Shown here: piece by piece, positions 48,221 through 61,448 of the stretch | How positions within the stretch are numbered: the first letter of the stretch is position 1 | Layout: each line of letters begins with the position of its first letter | DNA from: Mobula hypostoma | Lineage: Eukaryota | Length of the DNA: 64,000 nt | Assembly: GCF_963921235.1 (NCBI RefSeq) | Contig: NC_086105.1 | Coordinates: 35,650,001 to 35,714,000, forward strand | Direction of reading: 5' to 3' | Notes under the pieces: generated by a model | Databases searched by the model: none | What the model saw: only the letters and a program-made list of their open reading frames with translations | Told to the model about the DNA's origin: nothing | Program-made: the position numbers and the translations under genes

Positions 48221-49814
48221 GTTTCAGCTTTTATTTTTTTAATTGTAGATCAAGAGTCAACATGCATTTGTTTTGCTTCATTCCCATGACCTCATGTGAT
48301 CATGCTGGTAATTATGGTTTAAGGCAGAATGATTATGTCACAAGACAATTTGATTGTTAAGAACAGGTTTCATAAATTTAACAGCTATTGATGTGAAAAA
48401 TAGAGTAGAAGTTTGGAGATAAGAGGAATCACCATTTTCAGTAAACGGTGAATGTGAACAAAATTCCAAAGTGGTGGAAAGAAGGACTAACAAAATAAAG
48501 TAAAGATGCAGTGCAGGAGAATATTATATTTTGTAGCCAAATATTTTGAGGACAATAAGTTGAATATCAACAGAATCAAAGTCATCATCAGAAGATAGAA
48601 TAAAATCAACATTAAACTCTACATGATTTGCTTGGTGTCAATAAATGCAGATTGGTCAGACAATGCATCGTATTGTTTATAGTGCATGTCTCTAATAAAT
48701 TCAGCATCTGAGACCCAAAGTGAAATGGTCAACGAAAATCCATCAATTTGGTATTAAGGGATAGAAAGACGTGGGGATTGTGGTTTGAGAGGATCAGGTA
48801 TTGGAACTGATATATTGGTGAAGAGGACCTTCTCTGTTTATCATGGAGAAGGATGGCTATGGAAGTAGTAGGGGTTGGCTGGTGGTAAGATGATTACATG
48901 GGGAGATGGGGTAGCTTTGAGAGAGAGAGAGAGGGGAACAAAAACATTTTCTTGTACTTGCTTAGCTCTTGTATCTGTGGAAAGATTCATCACTGAAAAG
49001 AAGAAGGTTTGAAACATCAAAGGAGTCTATCAGCAACTAAAAACTGCAGAAAACAATCTTAGTTTTAGCATGTGTGTGTAGACCTTATTAAGCTGCCAAT
49101 GATATCCACTGTTATCAGCTAACTGTACTAACTAACTGTACTAACTAACCATTAACTGTTAATGGTTACAACTGATAGTTTCAGTATGCTTCTAGTAATA
49201 TTGAGTGATTCACAAAGATCATAGGTTCTATTTTGGAGTTCCAATTTATATCAGTAAGAAAGGAAGTGGACATTGTATGAACCAGACCTGATGCCGAGTG
49301 AATGTCAGACAGGCTAACGGGAGCAGCATAGTGATCATTTGTGCAAGCAATTCTGGATTTACATCAATTTAGGGATGATTTGCACATAAATAATTTTTAA
49401 AAACTTTAGTGTTTGTAATTAATTCAGTTTTGTGGTTAAATTATGAGTTTTTAAATTTCTACCTTGCCAATCATTATATCATTTAAAGTTAAAATTATCT
49501 CCCATAGTTTCTAAAATTTTAATGCCAGATGTTAATTTTATAAGGGGCTCCACTGTTGCTTCTTAAGCAGATTGGCAGCGAGTGGGATAACTGGAAAATT
49601 CAACTAGTTGCTAAAATAAACACGAAGTGCACTGCTTATCTTTTTACTGCACCAGAAGGTGGAGTTAAAAATATCTCTTTGAAGGGAAGTCTGAAGCCCT
49701 ACAGAGAACTATAGATGTCCTGATGCACTTTGTTGGTCAGAGGTGTCTTAAAATCTGTTCCCATGGTTCCACACTAAATTTTTAAAAACATAATTTTTCT
49801 TCAATAACTTATAA

Positions 49815-49821
<7 letters not shown>

Positions 49822-49859
<38 letters not shown>

Positions 49860-50280
49860 CATGTCGACTCAGGCCTAGGGGGCCGGCGTCAGGCACGTTT
49901 ATGACGGACTCTCCACTTCTCCCTCTCCCTCTCCCTCTCCCTCATCAGTGTGTTCAGTTCACCTACATTAGCCGTGCCGCTGCATTCTAGGAGCATGTTG
50001 ACCATAGTCTTGGGAAGGTGCCCAGGGTTCATCCTCCCGTGCTTGGGCTCCCATATGATGACTAGACTGGCAGGTAGCTCGGGGTGGTGTGGACAGTGCC
50101 CCACTAGTTGCAGTCTTCTCGCCTCAATTTTAGTGGTAGGTTGTTATAGAGCTCAACATTCGTTATGTGCTGTTGCCAACTCACATCAAGAGCCATCTGG
50201 AGCATTCGTGTATAGCAACCATCTAGAGATTTTCGCATCGTCTTGGTGAGTGTCCACGTCTCGCATCCGTACGTGAAAAT
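49822..50280 (-). mobile_element. 5'-truncated RTE-clade LINE with (TAG)n tail
   Basis: ORF 49889..50104 (GHC.HHPELPAS.VI.WEPKHGR...W); (TAC)n at 49815-49859; 15-bp TSD ACTTATAATACTACT at 49807-49821 and 50281-50295. Confidence 0.8.
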
Positions 50281-50589
50281 ACTTATAATACTACTTTTAA
50301 GAAACCTGCTAGAAAGCTAGTAGGGAAAAATTCAAATAGCTGTGTACCTGCATCCTAAATTATGCAAGTTTCTGCTGAAATTGAACAGCAATAGTACATT
50401 AAGATAACTTAAGACTACTTTTTCTTGCAGGCATTACAAGAAACCAATGCGTTATTTGGTAGCAGAAGCGTTTCTAGGGGGAAATTCAACTCACACAGAA
50501 TTTGGTGCCATCATAGTGACTTTTCTTTTTGAGTCGAAAAGTTGTGTGATGAAGGCAACTTTTTCCCCAATCTAATTTGAGGTTGTATC

Positions 50590-51030
50590 ATAGAGTCATA
50601 GGATTTTACAGCATAGAAACAGGCCCTTTGGCCCAAGTTGTCCATGCCAACTGAGTGCCATTCACCTACATCCCTCTAACTCTTTCCTATCCATATATCT
50701 GTCAAAATAGCTTTCAAATGTTTGGTATTGGTCATATGGATTACCACTACCCTATCTGTGGGAAAAGTTGCTTGTTGGGTCATTTTTAAGTCTGGCCCCT
50801 CTTAACTTAAACATATGTCCTCTAGTTTTAGAATCTGGAAAGAAGTCTGACCATTTACCTCATCAATTCCTTCATGTATTTTGTATTTCTCTATAAGATT
50901 CCACTTCAGGGGACAGCCTATCTTGCCTCTCCTTATAACTCAAGCTTTTCATACCCGGTAATATCCTCGTGAATCTTTTCTGCACCCTTTCTAGCTTAGT
51001 GACATCCTTCCTACATGCAATATTCCAAGT
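50590..51030 (-). mobile_element. Degenerate CR1 3' fragment
   Basis: Starts with catagagtcatag...gaaacaggccctttggccc (reverse-complement CR1 tail) and shows CR1-like body remnants. Confidence 0.6.
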
Positions 51031-51383
51031 ACAATCTCACAAGTAACCAAATGTGCCTTAAGAATCATCAAGAGAGAAAGTTTTTCAGTGATAGAGTGCA
51101 ATTGAAAGGAGTAACATTAATGCTGGGGGTGCATAAAATGGGGTATGTTAGATTGGCTGCATAGCATGTGGCCTGTTTATCTTCCTGCTGACATCAGTGG
51201 AAAGGAAGTTAGGCTAATTCAGGGCTATACCTGATGCTGTTCATTTCATAATATCAACCAAAATTAATGCTAGATCCACTAAATGAAATGGGGAGGCCAA
51301 TCATCTTTTATGATTCTCCCATGTTTCATGTAGAGGAAATAAAAAGTTCTAAAAATGTAACATTTTACTTTATTGTGGTTTAG

Positions 51384-51611
51384 GCAACTGAAAAGGCTAC
51401 AAGGCAAAAGCTGGAAAAACAATATGAGCAAGAAGATAATTTAATAGAAATTGAAAACCACCTACACAGTGATTTGCTAACAGAAAATCCAAAACAGGCA
51501 TTAAGTGCATTTGGACCAAATCGTGTAATTGTAGATCGTTGGAAAGGAATGACACAAGATCAAGTGGATGATATCATTCAGAAACAGAAACAGCAAGTCC
51601 AAGAGAGAAAG
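51384..51611 (+). CDS. RIBC2: RIBC2 coding exon 5 (228 nt): ATEKATRQK...EDNLIEIENHLHSDLLTENP...DRWKGM...QERK
   Basis: Translated by hand; RIB43A motifs DLLTENP and DRWKGM; AG/GT boundaries, phase 0/0. Confidence 0.93.
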
Positions 51612-52579
51612 GTATTAGTGATTGCCAATTAAGATATGTTAGTGATTGTCAATTCTGGGCATTAACTGTAAACTGTCTTAATTTTGTTCACCTTGTCTGG
51701 GCATGGAGACTTCCAGTGGTTTGATCATTCCTTGTGTATGATACTAGATAATGAATGGCAGCTGGATACTTTATTATGAAGCCAGTTTTGCCTTTCATGC
51801 CTGACAGATACACATCTTTACAGCAATAAGTCACTTATGGGATTAACAGACTCTGATTATTTTTACTGTCCTTTGTAACTGAAAGTCACGGGCCAAATCA
51901 GATGTTTATACATAGTCTTGGGTGTCATCATCTACTTTCGAGAATAGAGAAGAATCAACATTTAAAATATATTGTCCATATTCCAACCAGTAGTAAACAC
52001 CAAATGATGTCACTATACATTCACTAAGCACAGTAAATAATATTGTTAAGTCATTCTGATCTTTACAAAAATTGCAGAAAGTGTACAGCTGTCATATCAA
52101 ACTACTTATGAATATTTGGTATCAGCAGTGAGCATTGTTTATCGGTATTGAAACTTTCCATACAGGGAAATCAGATCTTTTCCAAAAGGCTGATACCTCA
52201 ACTAGTTTTCAGTTGATATCCTTACAACTTAGAGTAGGTGACTATAATGAGAAATTATATATGAGAATAATTTTTCATGGAATGCTCTGATGACTTACAG
52301 TTATGCAGTAGAATGAGAAAAGTAGTACATGAACTACAGAAAAAGGAAAACAAGTTCCACCATGCTGAGTTATTAGTTATGTTTCCTTTTTTGTGTGATT
52401 GATGGTAAGGAAGATCAAAGTCTTTCAATCAATTGTAGAATTTCATCAGTAAAGTTCAAAAATATCACAATTCAACCAGTACATGTTTAGAGCATAGCTA
52501 AGTTCTTGATTAGTTAATGAGGGACATTTTCAAATGCTACATTCCAATTATATTCCTACTTCCAAGTTTGCGCTGGTGA

Positions 52580-55500
52580 ATTATGGTGACATGTTGCGGG
52601 CTGCTTACGAAACTTCTAAATATACCTTTTCTAAATTACTCTACCTGCAATCTGCAGCCTGCAATGTCCCTTTAAGCAATGTTCTTTTGAACTGTCTTAC
52701 TGAACTAGTGATTTCACAATCTTCTGAAGGACTCGGCGGACTTAACTGTTAAGTGTGCAGATACAGCACCTTTAAGTGGACAAAGGTACATATCCATGGC
52801 AGGAAGAGGGAGGAGCGGAGAACTACAAGCCATACTGAAATGCCAAGCAATGGAAATTCCTCTACCCAGCATCTTGTTAGGAAATATGCAGTCGCTGAAG
52901 AACAAGACTGAGGACCTAAAGGCAAGAGAGTAGTATCAGAGGATTTGCTGTGTTCTATGTTTCTTAGAGACATGACTCACTCCAGACACGCTGGATATGT
53001 CAGTAAGATCCGAAGGCTTCTTGATACACAGGATGGAACGCACTGCTGATTCAGAGAAGGCAAAAGGTGGAAGTCTGTGTTTCATTATAAACTTATTGTG
53101 GTACTTAGATATGGCGGTCTTGTTGTAATCTTGTTCCCCAACCTGGAACATCTAATGATTAGGTGCTGATTTTTCTACTTACCAAGAGAGTTCTCCTCTG
53201 TGATCCTGACCACAGTTTATATAACACCAAAAACTGAGGCTAGTCAAGCACTCGTGATACTTCTGTCCATTTATCATCAGCATATAACCTACAGCACCAG
53301 GGGCTTCAACACACTCAACCACTGCTATACTATGAGAAGGAATGCCTATCGTTCCAGGCCAAGACCGTATTTTGGGAAATCTGATCATTTGGCTGTCCTT
53401 CTCCTACCTGCATATGGGCAGAGACTAAATAGCAAGGTTCCAGAGATAAAGACAACAAAGAGGTGGTCAAGGGAGGCAGAGGAGTGGCAACGGGATTACT
53501 TCAAGTCGGTGGACTGGGCTGTGTTCAAGGACTCACTAGACGATCTGAATGAATACACCACATTTTTCATGGACTTTATAGAAGCAGTTGTAGACAGGTG
53601 TGTCCCCACAAAATTATTCAGTATCTTTCTCCAACTAGAAGCCCCACATGAATCAATGAGATCCGCAATCTGCTGAGGGCCAGATCAGTGGCATTCAGGT
53701 CTGGTGATGATGTAAGATACAAGAGTCCACTTACAAAATCTCCGGAAAGCCGTTTTGCTTGTGAAGTGGCAATTCCGGACCAAATTTTAATTACTGAAGG
53801 ATGCTCGACAGCTGTAGCAAGGCTTGAATGTTATTACCTCTTTCAAAGTGAAACTAAGTGACATGGGTATCAACAAGGTTTCGCTCCCAGATGAGCTCGA
53901 TGCCTTGTATGCTCGCTTTGTCTGTGAAAACATGGAGGAACCTTTATGAACTCCCACAGCCCCGATAACCCTGTGAATTCAGCCTCTGAGGCTGATGTGA
54001 GAGCATCCTTCAGGAGGGTGAACTCATGGAAAGCAACTAGTCCAGATTGAGTAACTGGCTAAGTACTAAAGACCTGTGCTGATCCGCTGCTTTAATCTCT
54101 CACTTCAGCAGTCTGAGGTGCCTACCTGCTTCAAGCAGGCTTCAATTATACCGGTACCTAAGAATAATGTGGTAACCAGCCTCAATGACTATTGTCCAGT
54201 AGCACTTACATCACAGTGATGAAGTGCTTTGAGAGGTTGGTGATGAAGCATAGTAACTCTTGCCTGAGAAGCAATTTGATCCGCTCCTATTTGCTTACTG
54301 GAGCATCAAGTCCATAGCAGGTGCCATCTCATTGACTCTTCCCTGAACTCTGGAACACCAGGACAACAAAGTTGCATACATCAGGATACTCTTTATTGAC
54401 TACAGCTCGGTGTTGAAAACTAATAAGCTTCAAGATCTTGGCCTCAGTACCTCCTTGTGCAATTGGATCCTCAAATTCCTCATATGCAGACTGCAATCAG
54501 TTCAGAGTGGCAACAACATCTCCTGCACGATCTTCATCAGCACAGGTCCACCACAAAGTTGCATACTTAGCCCCCTGCTGTATTCGCTTTATACTTATGC
54601 CTATGTGGCTAAGCATTGCACCAATTCCATATTTAAGTTTGCTGTTGATGCTGCTGCCGTTGGCTGAATCAAAGGTGGTAGCAACTCAGCATATAGGAGG
54701 GAGATTAAAAATCTAGCTGAGTGGTGTCACAACAACAACCTCTCACTCATCGTTAGCAAGACCAAGGAGCTGATAATTGACTTCAGCGGTAGGAAACTGA
54801 AGTTCAAGAGCCAGTCCTCATTGTGATATCAGAGGTGGAGAGGGTCAGCAACTTTAAATTCTTCGGTGTTATTATTTCAGAGGATCTGTCCTGGGCCCCA
54901 CACGTAAGAACAATTACAAAGAAAGCATGGCTGCGCTTCTACTTCCTTACAAGTTTGCAAAGACTTGGCGTGACATTTAAAACCTTGACAAACTTTTATA
55001 GATGTGTGGTGGAGAGTATATTGACTGATTGCATCAAGGCCTTGTATGGAACCACCAATCACCTTGAATGGGAAATCCTACATAAAGTAGTGGTTACGGC
55101 CCTGTCCATCACAGGTAAAGTCCTCCCCACCAAAACAGCATTCATAATAAGAATCAGGTTTAATATCACTGGCATATGATTTGAAATGTGAAGTCAAGGA
55201 CTCCCATCACCCAGACCATACTGTCTTCTCACAGCTGCCATCAGGAATAAGGTACTGGAGCTTCAGGACCCACTACACTGGGTTCAGGAACAGTTATTAC
55301 CCTTCAACCATCAGGCTGTTGGACCAGACAGGTTAACTTCACTCACCCTTCTATGAACTGTTCCACAACTTATGGACTCACTTTCAAGGACTCTTCATCT
55401 CATGTTCTTGATATTTACTGCTCATTTATTTATATTTTTTTATTTTTGTTCTCTTTTGTATTTGCACAGTGTATTTTGCACATTGCTTGTCCTGCTGGGT

Positions 55501-55625
55501 GTGGTCTTTCATTGATTCTATTGTGTTTCTTGGAGTTACTGTATTCCTGGAAGAAGACGAATCTCAGGGTTGTATGTATATGGTGATATATATGTTTTTT
55601 ATAATAAATTTACTTTGAAATTTAC
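52580..55625 (+). mobile_element. Near full-length decayed Rex1/Babar-like LINE (APE + RT)
   Basis: ILLGNMQSLKNK, FGKSDHLAVLL, LFIDYSS, GPPQSCILSPLLYSLYT and FKFFGVIISEDLSW motifs; tail AATAAATTTACTTTGAA. Confidence 0.82.
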
Positions 55626-56394
55626 ACTATAGATTGATATATTAAAGATAGATAACTTTTTGTGATCAAAATGAATAATTCTGTTACTCGAAAGGTACAT
55701 GGTTTAATAGAATTTAAAACAATATTTCAGACACAGTAATTAAAATGATTTAATCAATATAATTTGAGGATTCAAATTTAAAGAAAATATTCTTAGATTT
55801 TTTGATATAAATATAATATTTGATTTGGAATACTTTGATCAACAATATGTCCTCAATTATTTATGATTTTGTTCTGCACCCTCTTTCCTTTACCTCAGTA
55901 TCACATAATTGATCTGTGTATGAAATCTGTCCTTAAAAAAAGACTTTTTGAGTGGAAAGAAAGTTCAGTTCTGATAAGATCCTTGTGTACACAGTAATTT
56001 ATTGGTATGCTTGCAGTTACAAAAATAATCTTGAGTTTGTGGAGAGTTTATCCAAACCTAGTACTTTCCTGTATCTATTAGACCATGTTAATACCTACCT
56101 TATAATTGCTACATTTGAGTTAACTGCACCAATTGCTACTTTTTTGTGTAATGGGGACACAAAATTGCGTTTTGTGTACAGACACACTGAAGTTTGCAAA
56201 CATTGAAAATGCTGTACCTTTTCATTTACAAAGCTGGGATTTCACTGCTTCTCATAAAATTTGTTGGTATCTGCATTCCTATATGATACATGTTGATATT
56301 AATTGGAAAGTAAAAGATAAGGTACATATGTTTGGTTACAGCACTCAACACGCAAGTATTGGACCCTAGCTGCAATTTTCTCCACATATGTCCA

Positions 56395-57274
56395 CAGGTC
56401 GACATTCACTAATCCGACTACCTGTAATCCGGTTCCTTCGATAATCCGCACTGATTTCAAATTTTCCATGCAACTGTAATTTCAAATTTTCTGGGCCACC
56501 ATACCGATCTGCTGCGTATTGTTTTGGTTGCGCTAGATCTGTTCACGTGTTGGCGTGCTCTTGTAAGCACAGATAGGTGATTCCTGCTTGTTTTCCTGCA
56601 TTTATTAATATCATTTGCGTGAGGCGCGGCCACCTGGCATCCGCCCACCTCACCTGCCAGCGGCAGGGGAGCTGGCACGCGCTGGGTCGGCCCGCTTGCC
56701 AGCAGTTGCGCACTGCCCTCCTGGTGTCGCCCAGCTGGCGCTCCATTCTCTTCTGCCTACGACCTCAGATTAGACGTGGTGACCCGCTGAATTAAAGCAT
56801 ATTACTAAACGGAGGAAAAGAAACTAACGAGGATTCCCTCAGTAACTGCGAGTGCAATGTAGTCTTTGGGGTAACTGCAAGTCTGTTTCTTTGCTATCAC
56901 TTAGCTCATGCTTGAGTGCGGGTAGTGGGTGCGCTTTATTTTTTGCCGGTGGGGAGGGGGGATTGTTGCTCGCTGCCGCTTACGCGCAGGAAGGAGGAGA
57001 GCGGGAGGGGGAGCTCAGGGGTTCTAACATTTAACTGTCGTTCACTCTTTGGGTCACTCCTCTGTTTTCATAGATGGTTGCAAAGAAAAAGCATTTCAGG
57101 ATATATATTGCATACGTTTCTCTGACATTAGATGAACCTTTGAATCCTTTGATATTTTAAAGGTATGATGAGGCAGTTAACTATTGCCTAATGTGATCCT
57201 TCTGTAATTCAGCATTTTCACTAATCCGGCACTCCTCAGGTCCCAATGATGCCGGATTATAGAAGGTCGACCTG
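56395..57274. mobile_element. Tigger/pogo-type MITE hosting a retroposed insert
   Basis: TIRs CAGGTCGACATTCACTAATCCG ... CGGATTATAGAAGGTCGACCTG|TA. Confidence 0.7.
56760..56854 (+). pseudogene. 28S rRNA 5'-end fragment (non-functional), preceded by a GC-rich putative ITS2 end (about 56617-56759)
   Basis: CGACCTCAGATTAGACGTGGTGACCCGCTGAATTAAAGCATATTACTAAACGGAGGAAAAGAAACTAACGAGGATTCCCTCAGTAACTGCGAGTG matches the conserved eukaryotic 28S start with a few substitutions. Confidence 0.92.
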
Positions 57275-57443
57275 TACTTTAGTGAGGTAAATATGCAAAC
57301 ATAAGTAAGTGTAGGCCAGTAGAGCCCTTGAATCTGTTCTAACATTCAATAAGAATCTGGGCATGAGAATGCAGATGCTGAAATTTGGAGTGATACTTGG
57401 GTCAGACAGCATCAAATGAACATTCAGCATTTCAGGTTGACAC

Positions 57444-57523
57444 CAGAGGTTCCCGACTTATTTTATACAATGGACCCTTACCATTAATTGAGGGGTCTGT
57501 GGACTCCAGGTTGGGAACCCCTG
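57444..57523. mobile_element. 80-bp hAT/Charlie-type MITE
   Basis: TIRs CAGAGGTTCCCGAC ... GTTGGGAACCCCTG; no clear TSD. Confidence 0.6.
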
Positions 57524-58799
57524 ATCTAGGCAGATGAAATCCAGATCTGATCCAGTCCAGGTGAATAGTTTCATCAGTTGTCCATTTTCCTCCATTAATG
57601 CTCTTGACTGTCTGAGTTCTTCCAGCATCATACTTGTCACTCAATAAAAATCTGGCTGAAGGAAATACGGCTTGTATCCCTGTTTTGAATATTGGCCATC
57701 ATCTACCCTCCACAGCTCTTTAAGGTGGAGAATTACAAAGGATCAGTTCTCTCAGAGAAACGAAATTTCTCCTTATCTCTGCTACCCCTTATACTCCCTA
57801 CTCTCAGACACCTGCATTTGGGGAAAATCCTCTCAGTATCTACGCTGTCACTCCCTTCTGAATCTAATATATATCTATAAGATCACTTCATTTATGCACA
57901 CTATAGATGCCCAATCTTCTTGATACACCAATCCTTTCATCTCAGAAATAAACCTCATGCCCCTTCTCTTCACTGCCTACAATATAAGCAGAATCTTCCA
58001 CAAAAATGGAGATGGAAACTATAAACAGTACTCTAGATCTAATCACATCAGCATTCTTAGGGTGTTGCATCAAAATTTGTTACTTTTATATGCTATGTCT
58101 CTTTCAATAAAGGCCAGAATTCCATTTATCTTCCTAATTACTTGCTGTAGCAGCAAGCTAACTTTTACTGTTTTACATACCGTGATCACCAGGTCTGTCT
58201 AGATATTTTGTAGTGTCTATGCCAGTATATTACTCCGAACTTATACACCCTTATCTGGTGTCTTCTTAAATGCCAAATGAACTTCATCTGTTATTCACCT
58301 TGATAATTGCATCCCCAAAGAACTCGAGTAAATTTGTCAACCATATTCCCTTTCATAAAACCATATTAACTCTATGATTTTCTAGATGTTCTGTTACTAC
58401 CTCAGCAACGTCAGCATTTACTATTCCTACAGATATTTAGCTCCAGAAATTAAAGGATAAATTTCACCACACATCATTCTCCAGTAAACTGTCAGGACAA
58501 GTAAAAGCACAAATAATTACCCTGGTTTTATCAAGCCAGTTTTAGACTTGATTAAGCAAGTTTGATGTGATTCCAGTCTTCCAATCTTGGTGTCTTTTTA
58601 ATAAAAAACAAAAATTATTACACAGAAACACTACAGCACACACATATTTGCTTTCCTTGCATTTGGAGTCTTCAGTATTAGAGTGAGAATATTTCTTTAG
58701 TGCACGTCTACCTGTGAAACAAAGTGAAGAAGGACTTGGGCCCTGAGTTCATCTGGATCCTAATAACTTATTAAATTTTGTGGGTTACCAGAGACAGTG

Positions 58800-59296
58800 G
58801 GTTGAATCCAAAGAGTTTCCAAGTATGCCACCTACAATCCAGAACTTGCTTCTAGCTTTCACACATAGTGCAAGACATCCACGTTGGAAGGATTGATCAG
58901 CTGGGCTGAGGATTTGTTTTGGGGGACTTTGAGGTTCATGTGGCACGTGTTCTTGGATTATGGTTAGCTTTTTGCTGTTTTTGAGTGGTTTGATTAGGAC
59001 AATCGATGCGGACTGGGGCACTTTGGCAAAGAATGGCCCTGCAGCCTGCAGTGGACCAGCGGCATGGCGCTGAACTGAACTGAACTGAATATTACTGGAC
59101 TCCTGGTTTGATATTTGATATTCTGTGTGTTGTTTGCTCACTTGTTGCTGTTTGCACTATTTGTTCTTTTCTCGCGCGTTGGAGTTTGATGCTTTCTTGA
59201 ACAGGTTCCATGGTGTTTCCTTCGTAGCTGCCTGTGGGAGGACAAATCTCAGAGTTGTATTCTGTATACATACTTTGATGTATTTTGAACTTTGAA
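58800..59296 (+). mobile_element. Non-autonomous retroposon with Rex1-like tail
   Basis: 3' end AATCTCAGAGTTGTA...TTTGAACTTTGAA resembles the Rex1-like tail at 55560-55620; internal (CTGAA)n. Confidence 0.5.
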
Positions 59297-59537
59297 GATA
59301 TCTCATCCTGCAAAAAATTCATATGATGTCCACTGGATTAGTGCATTAGTATTTGAATTGGCTTTTACAGAAAATGAGAGAATTATTGTATAAGATACAT
59401 AAGTAAAGAGCTGAGTGTTTATTAAGATTTTTTTATCTGCACTAAGAGAGTATTTGGCCTGTGGAATATTTGACAGTTTATGTAACATGTATTACTTGTG
59501 CTGCGAATGTACAACAACAAGAAAACTTTCCAACTTT

Positions 59538-59712
59538 AATTAGGTGCCTCTGATCTAGGCCAGCATTTATGTGCCGGGCGGCACCTAATTAATTAGCTTG
59601 TTTATTTCGGCTTTTTTCTTAAAGATGTGCTGGGTGCGTTCCAACTACCGCTGCACCGCTGCATTCTTCGCGGCAATGTACCGGTCCGCAGCCCGGAGGT
59701 TGGGGACCACTG
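59538..59712. mobile_element. Free-standing right half of the hAT-type palindromic MITE that is nested in the two Tigger copies
   Basis: CACCTAATTAATTAGCTTGTTTATTTCGGCTTTTTTCTTAAAGATGTG...GGAGGTTGGGGACCACTG matches about 13025-13150 and 18860-18982. Confidence 0.75.
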
Positions 59713-60112
59713 CATTAGGTGACTACTGTATTAATTACGAAATTCAACAAATCACAGGTATCTGAAAGCAGGCATCAATTTTTTTGTGCTGAAGAATAAA
59801 TGTTGAATTAACTTATTAATAATTTGGAATAATAAATGAATTAATTAGTGTCGGTGTTGGTTGTTAACACAAAACATTTCATTGTACATTTTGATATAGC
59901 TGGGATAAATAATCTTGAGTCTTGAATCTAATACTCCCTCTTTTTTTGATGGGTGCATAAAATAAAATGCAGGTGAATACAGAAAATCCAATCACTTTTT
60001 TTTCTATTTGATAGCTATTAATAAGCAAAAATTATAATCACATTAACACAACTGCACTGAGAAATAAAGCTGGAAGTTACCAGAAAAAAAATTGTTACTT
60101 GTCTATACATAG

Positions 60113-60279
60113 AGACTGGAGGAAGAGGAACGTCAGCGTAATGCAGAATGGGATAGGTTACGGATCAATGATGCCCGAGCCTCTGTGCTTCTTGAACGGC
60201 AGCAACAGCGAGTACAGCGGCAGCTTCGGAAAGAAATGGATTGTCAGAACATGCTACTATGTAAGAACCACAAAGAACG
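60113..60279 (+). CDS. RIBC2: RIBC2 coding exon 6 (167 nt): RLEEEERQRNAEWDRLRINDARASVLLERQQQR...NHKE; last exon not found in window
   Basis: Translated by hand; RIB43A C-terminal coiled coil (EWDR..R...AR...LER); AG and GTGAG boundaries. Confidence 0.9.
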
Positions 60280-60399
60280 GTGAGTGATTTAAATCCACAT
60301 CTAAAGTCCTGAAAATTCAAAGATTGGCTGTTTTCTTCTTACATTCATAGAGAAACAAACAGGAAGAATATTATTTTTAAAATCAGTGTAATAGATTCA

Positions 60400-61010
60400 A
60401 AAGCACGGAAACAGTTTTGCCCCATTAACCCCACATTGAATACCAAGTTAATCCTACACTAATCCCATTTTATTTTTCCCACATCCCCATCAACTTCCTC
60501 TGATTCTACCACTTACCTACAGTCTCGGTCATTTACAGTGGCCCCTTAATCTACCAATCTGCATGACTAAGGGAGGAAACTCTAGTACTTAGGGGATGCC
60601 CACACAGCCACAGGGAGAACATGTCATCTCCATACAGATGACGTCAGAGTGAGGATTGAACCCAAACTGCTAAAACTTTGAAGTGGAAGCTCCAATAGTT
60701 GTGCTAATGTGATACCCCTTAAAACAAAGCAAGAGGCTGGTTAGTTCATCAACTCTATAGGCCTATCTGAGTAAATCCATTCCCCCATTTATTCTTTTAC
60801 GCATGTTTATTAGTACACTCTTAATTCTTCTACCAGCTATCTGAACTAAGAGAAATTTACATTAGCCAAACTAACCGAACAACCAGCATGTCTTTTGGAT
60901 GTGGGAGGAAACTGGAGCATTTGGGAAGAAAGTGCAAACTCCACTTTGGGGTTTAGATGTTAGCCTGGTTTCTGGAGCTGTGAGACATCTATACCATATG
61001 CAGCCCCATT
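60400..61010 (-). mobile_element. Two degenerate tRNA-derived (V-SINE/HE1-like) SINE copies
   Basis: Motifs GGGAGGAAAC...CACAGGGAGAACATG...GGATTGAACCC and GGATGTGGGAGGAAACTGGAGCA...TGCAAACTCCAC. Confidence 0.5.
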
Positions 61011-61448
61011 GTATCATCCTAATATGTTTGGTGTAGAATGGTTAATTAGGTTAATTTCTCCAATTTGATCCAATTCCTTTAGTTATCATGCCAAAAACAT
61101 TGAGAGAGATCTAAATTGGAAAATTGGTTTATTATTGTTACATGTACCGAGGTATTGTGAAAAACACGTCTTGCATATCGTCCACACAGTTCAATTCATC
61201 ACAACAATGCATTGAGGTAGTATAAGATAAAATAAAAGAGTGCAGAAAGAAGTGTAACACTACAGGTAAAGTGCAATGCAGGTAGATAATACAGTACAAG
61301 GTCAGAACATGGTAGACTGCGAGGTCTACAATCCATCTTATCATAGAGAACCATTCAATAGTCTTGGTTATAGCAGATAGAAGCTGCCCTTGAGACTAGT
61401 GGTGCATGCTTTCATTCCTTTGTATCTTCTGCCTAATGGGAGGAGGGA

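Noticed and set aside
56760-56854. Functional 28S rRNA gene or rDNA array
   Set aside because: Only 95 nt of 28S with substitutions; no 5.8S, 18S or downstream 28S sequence recognised.
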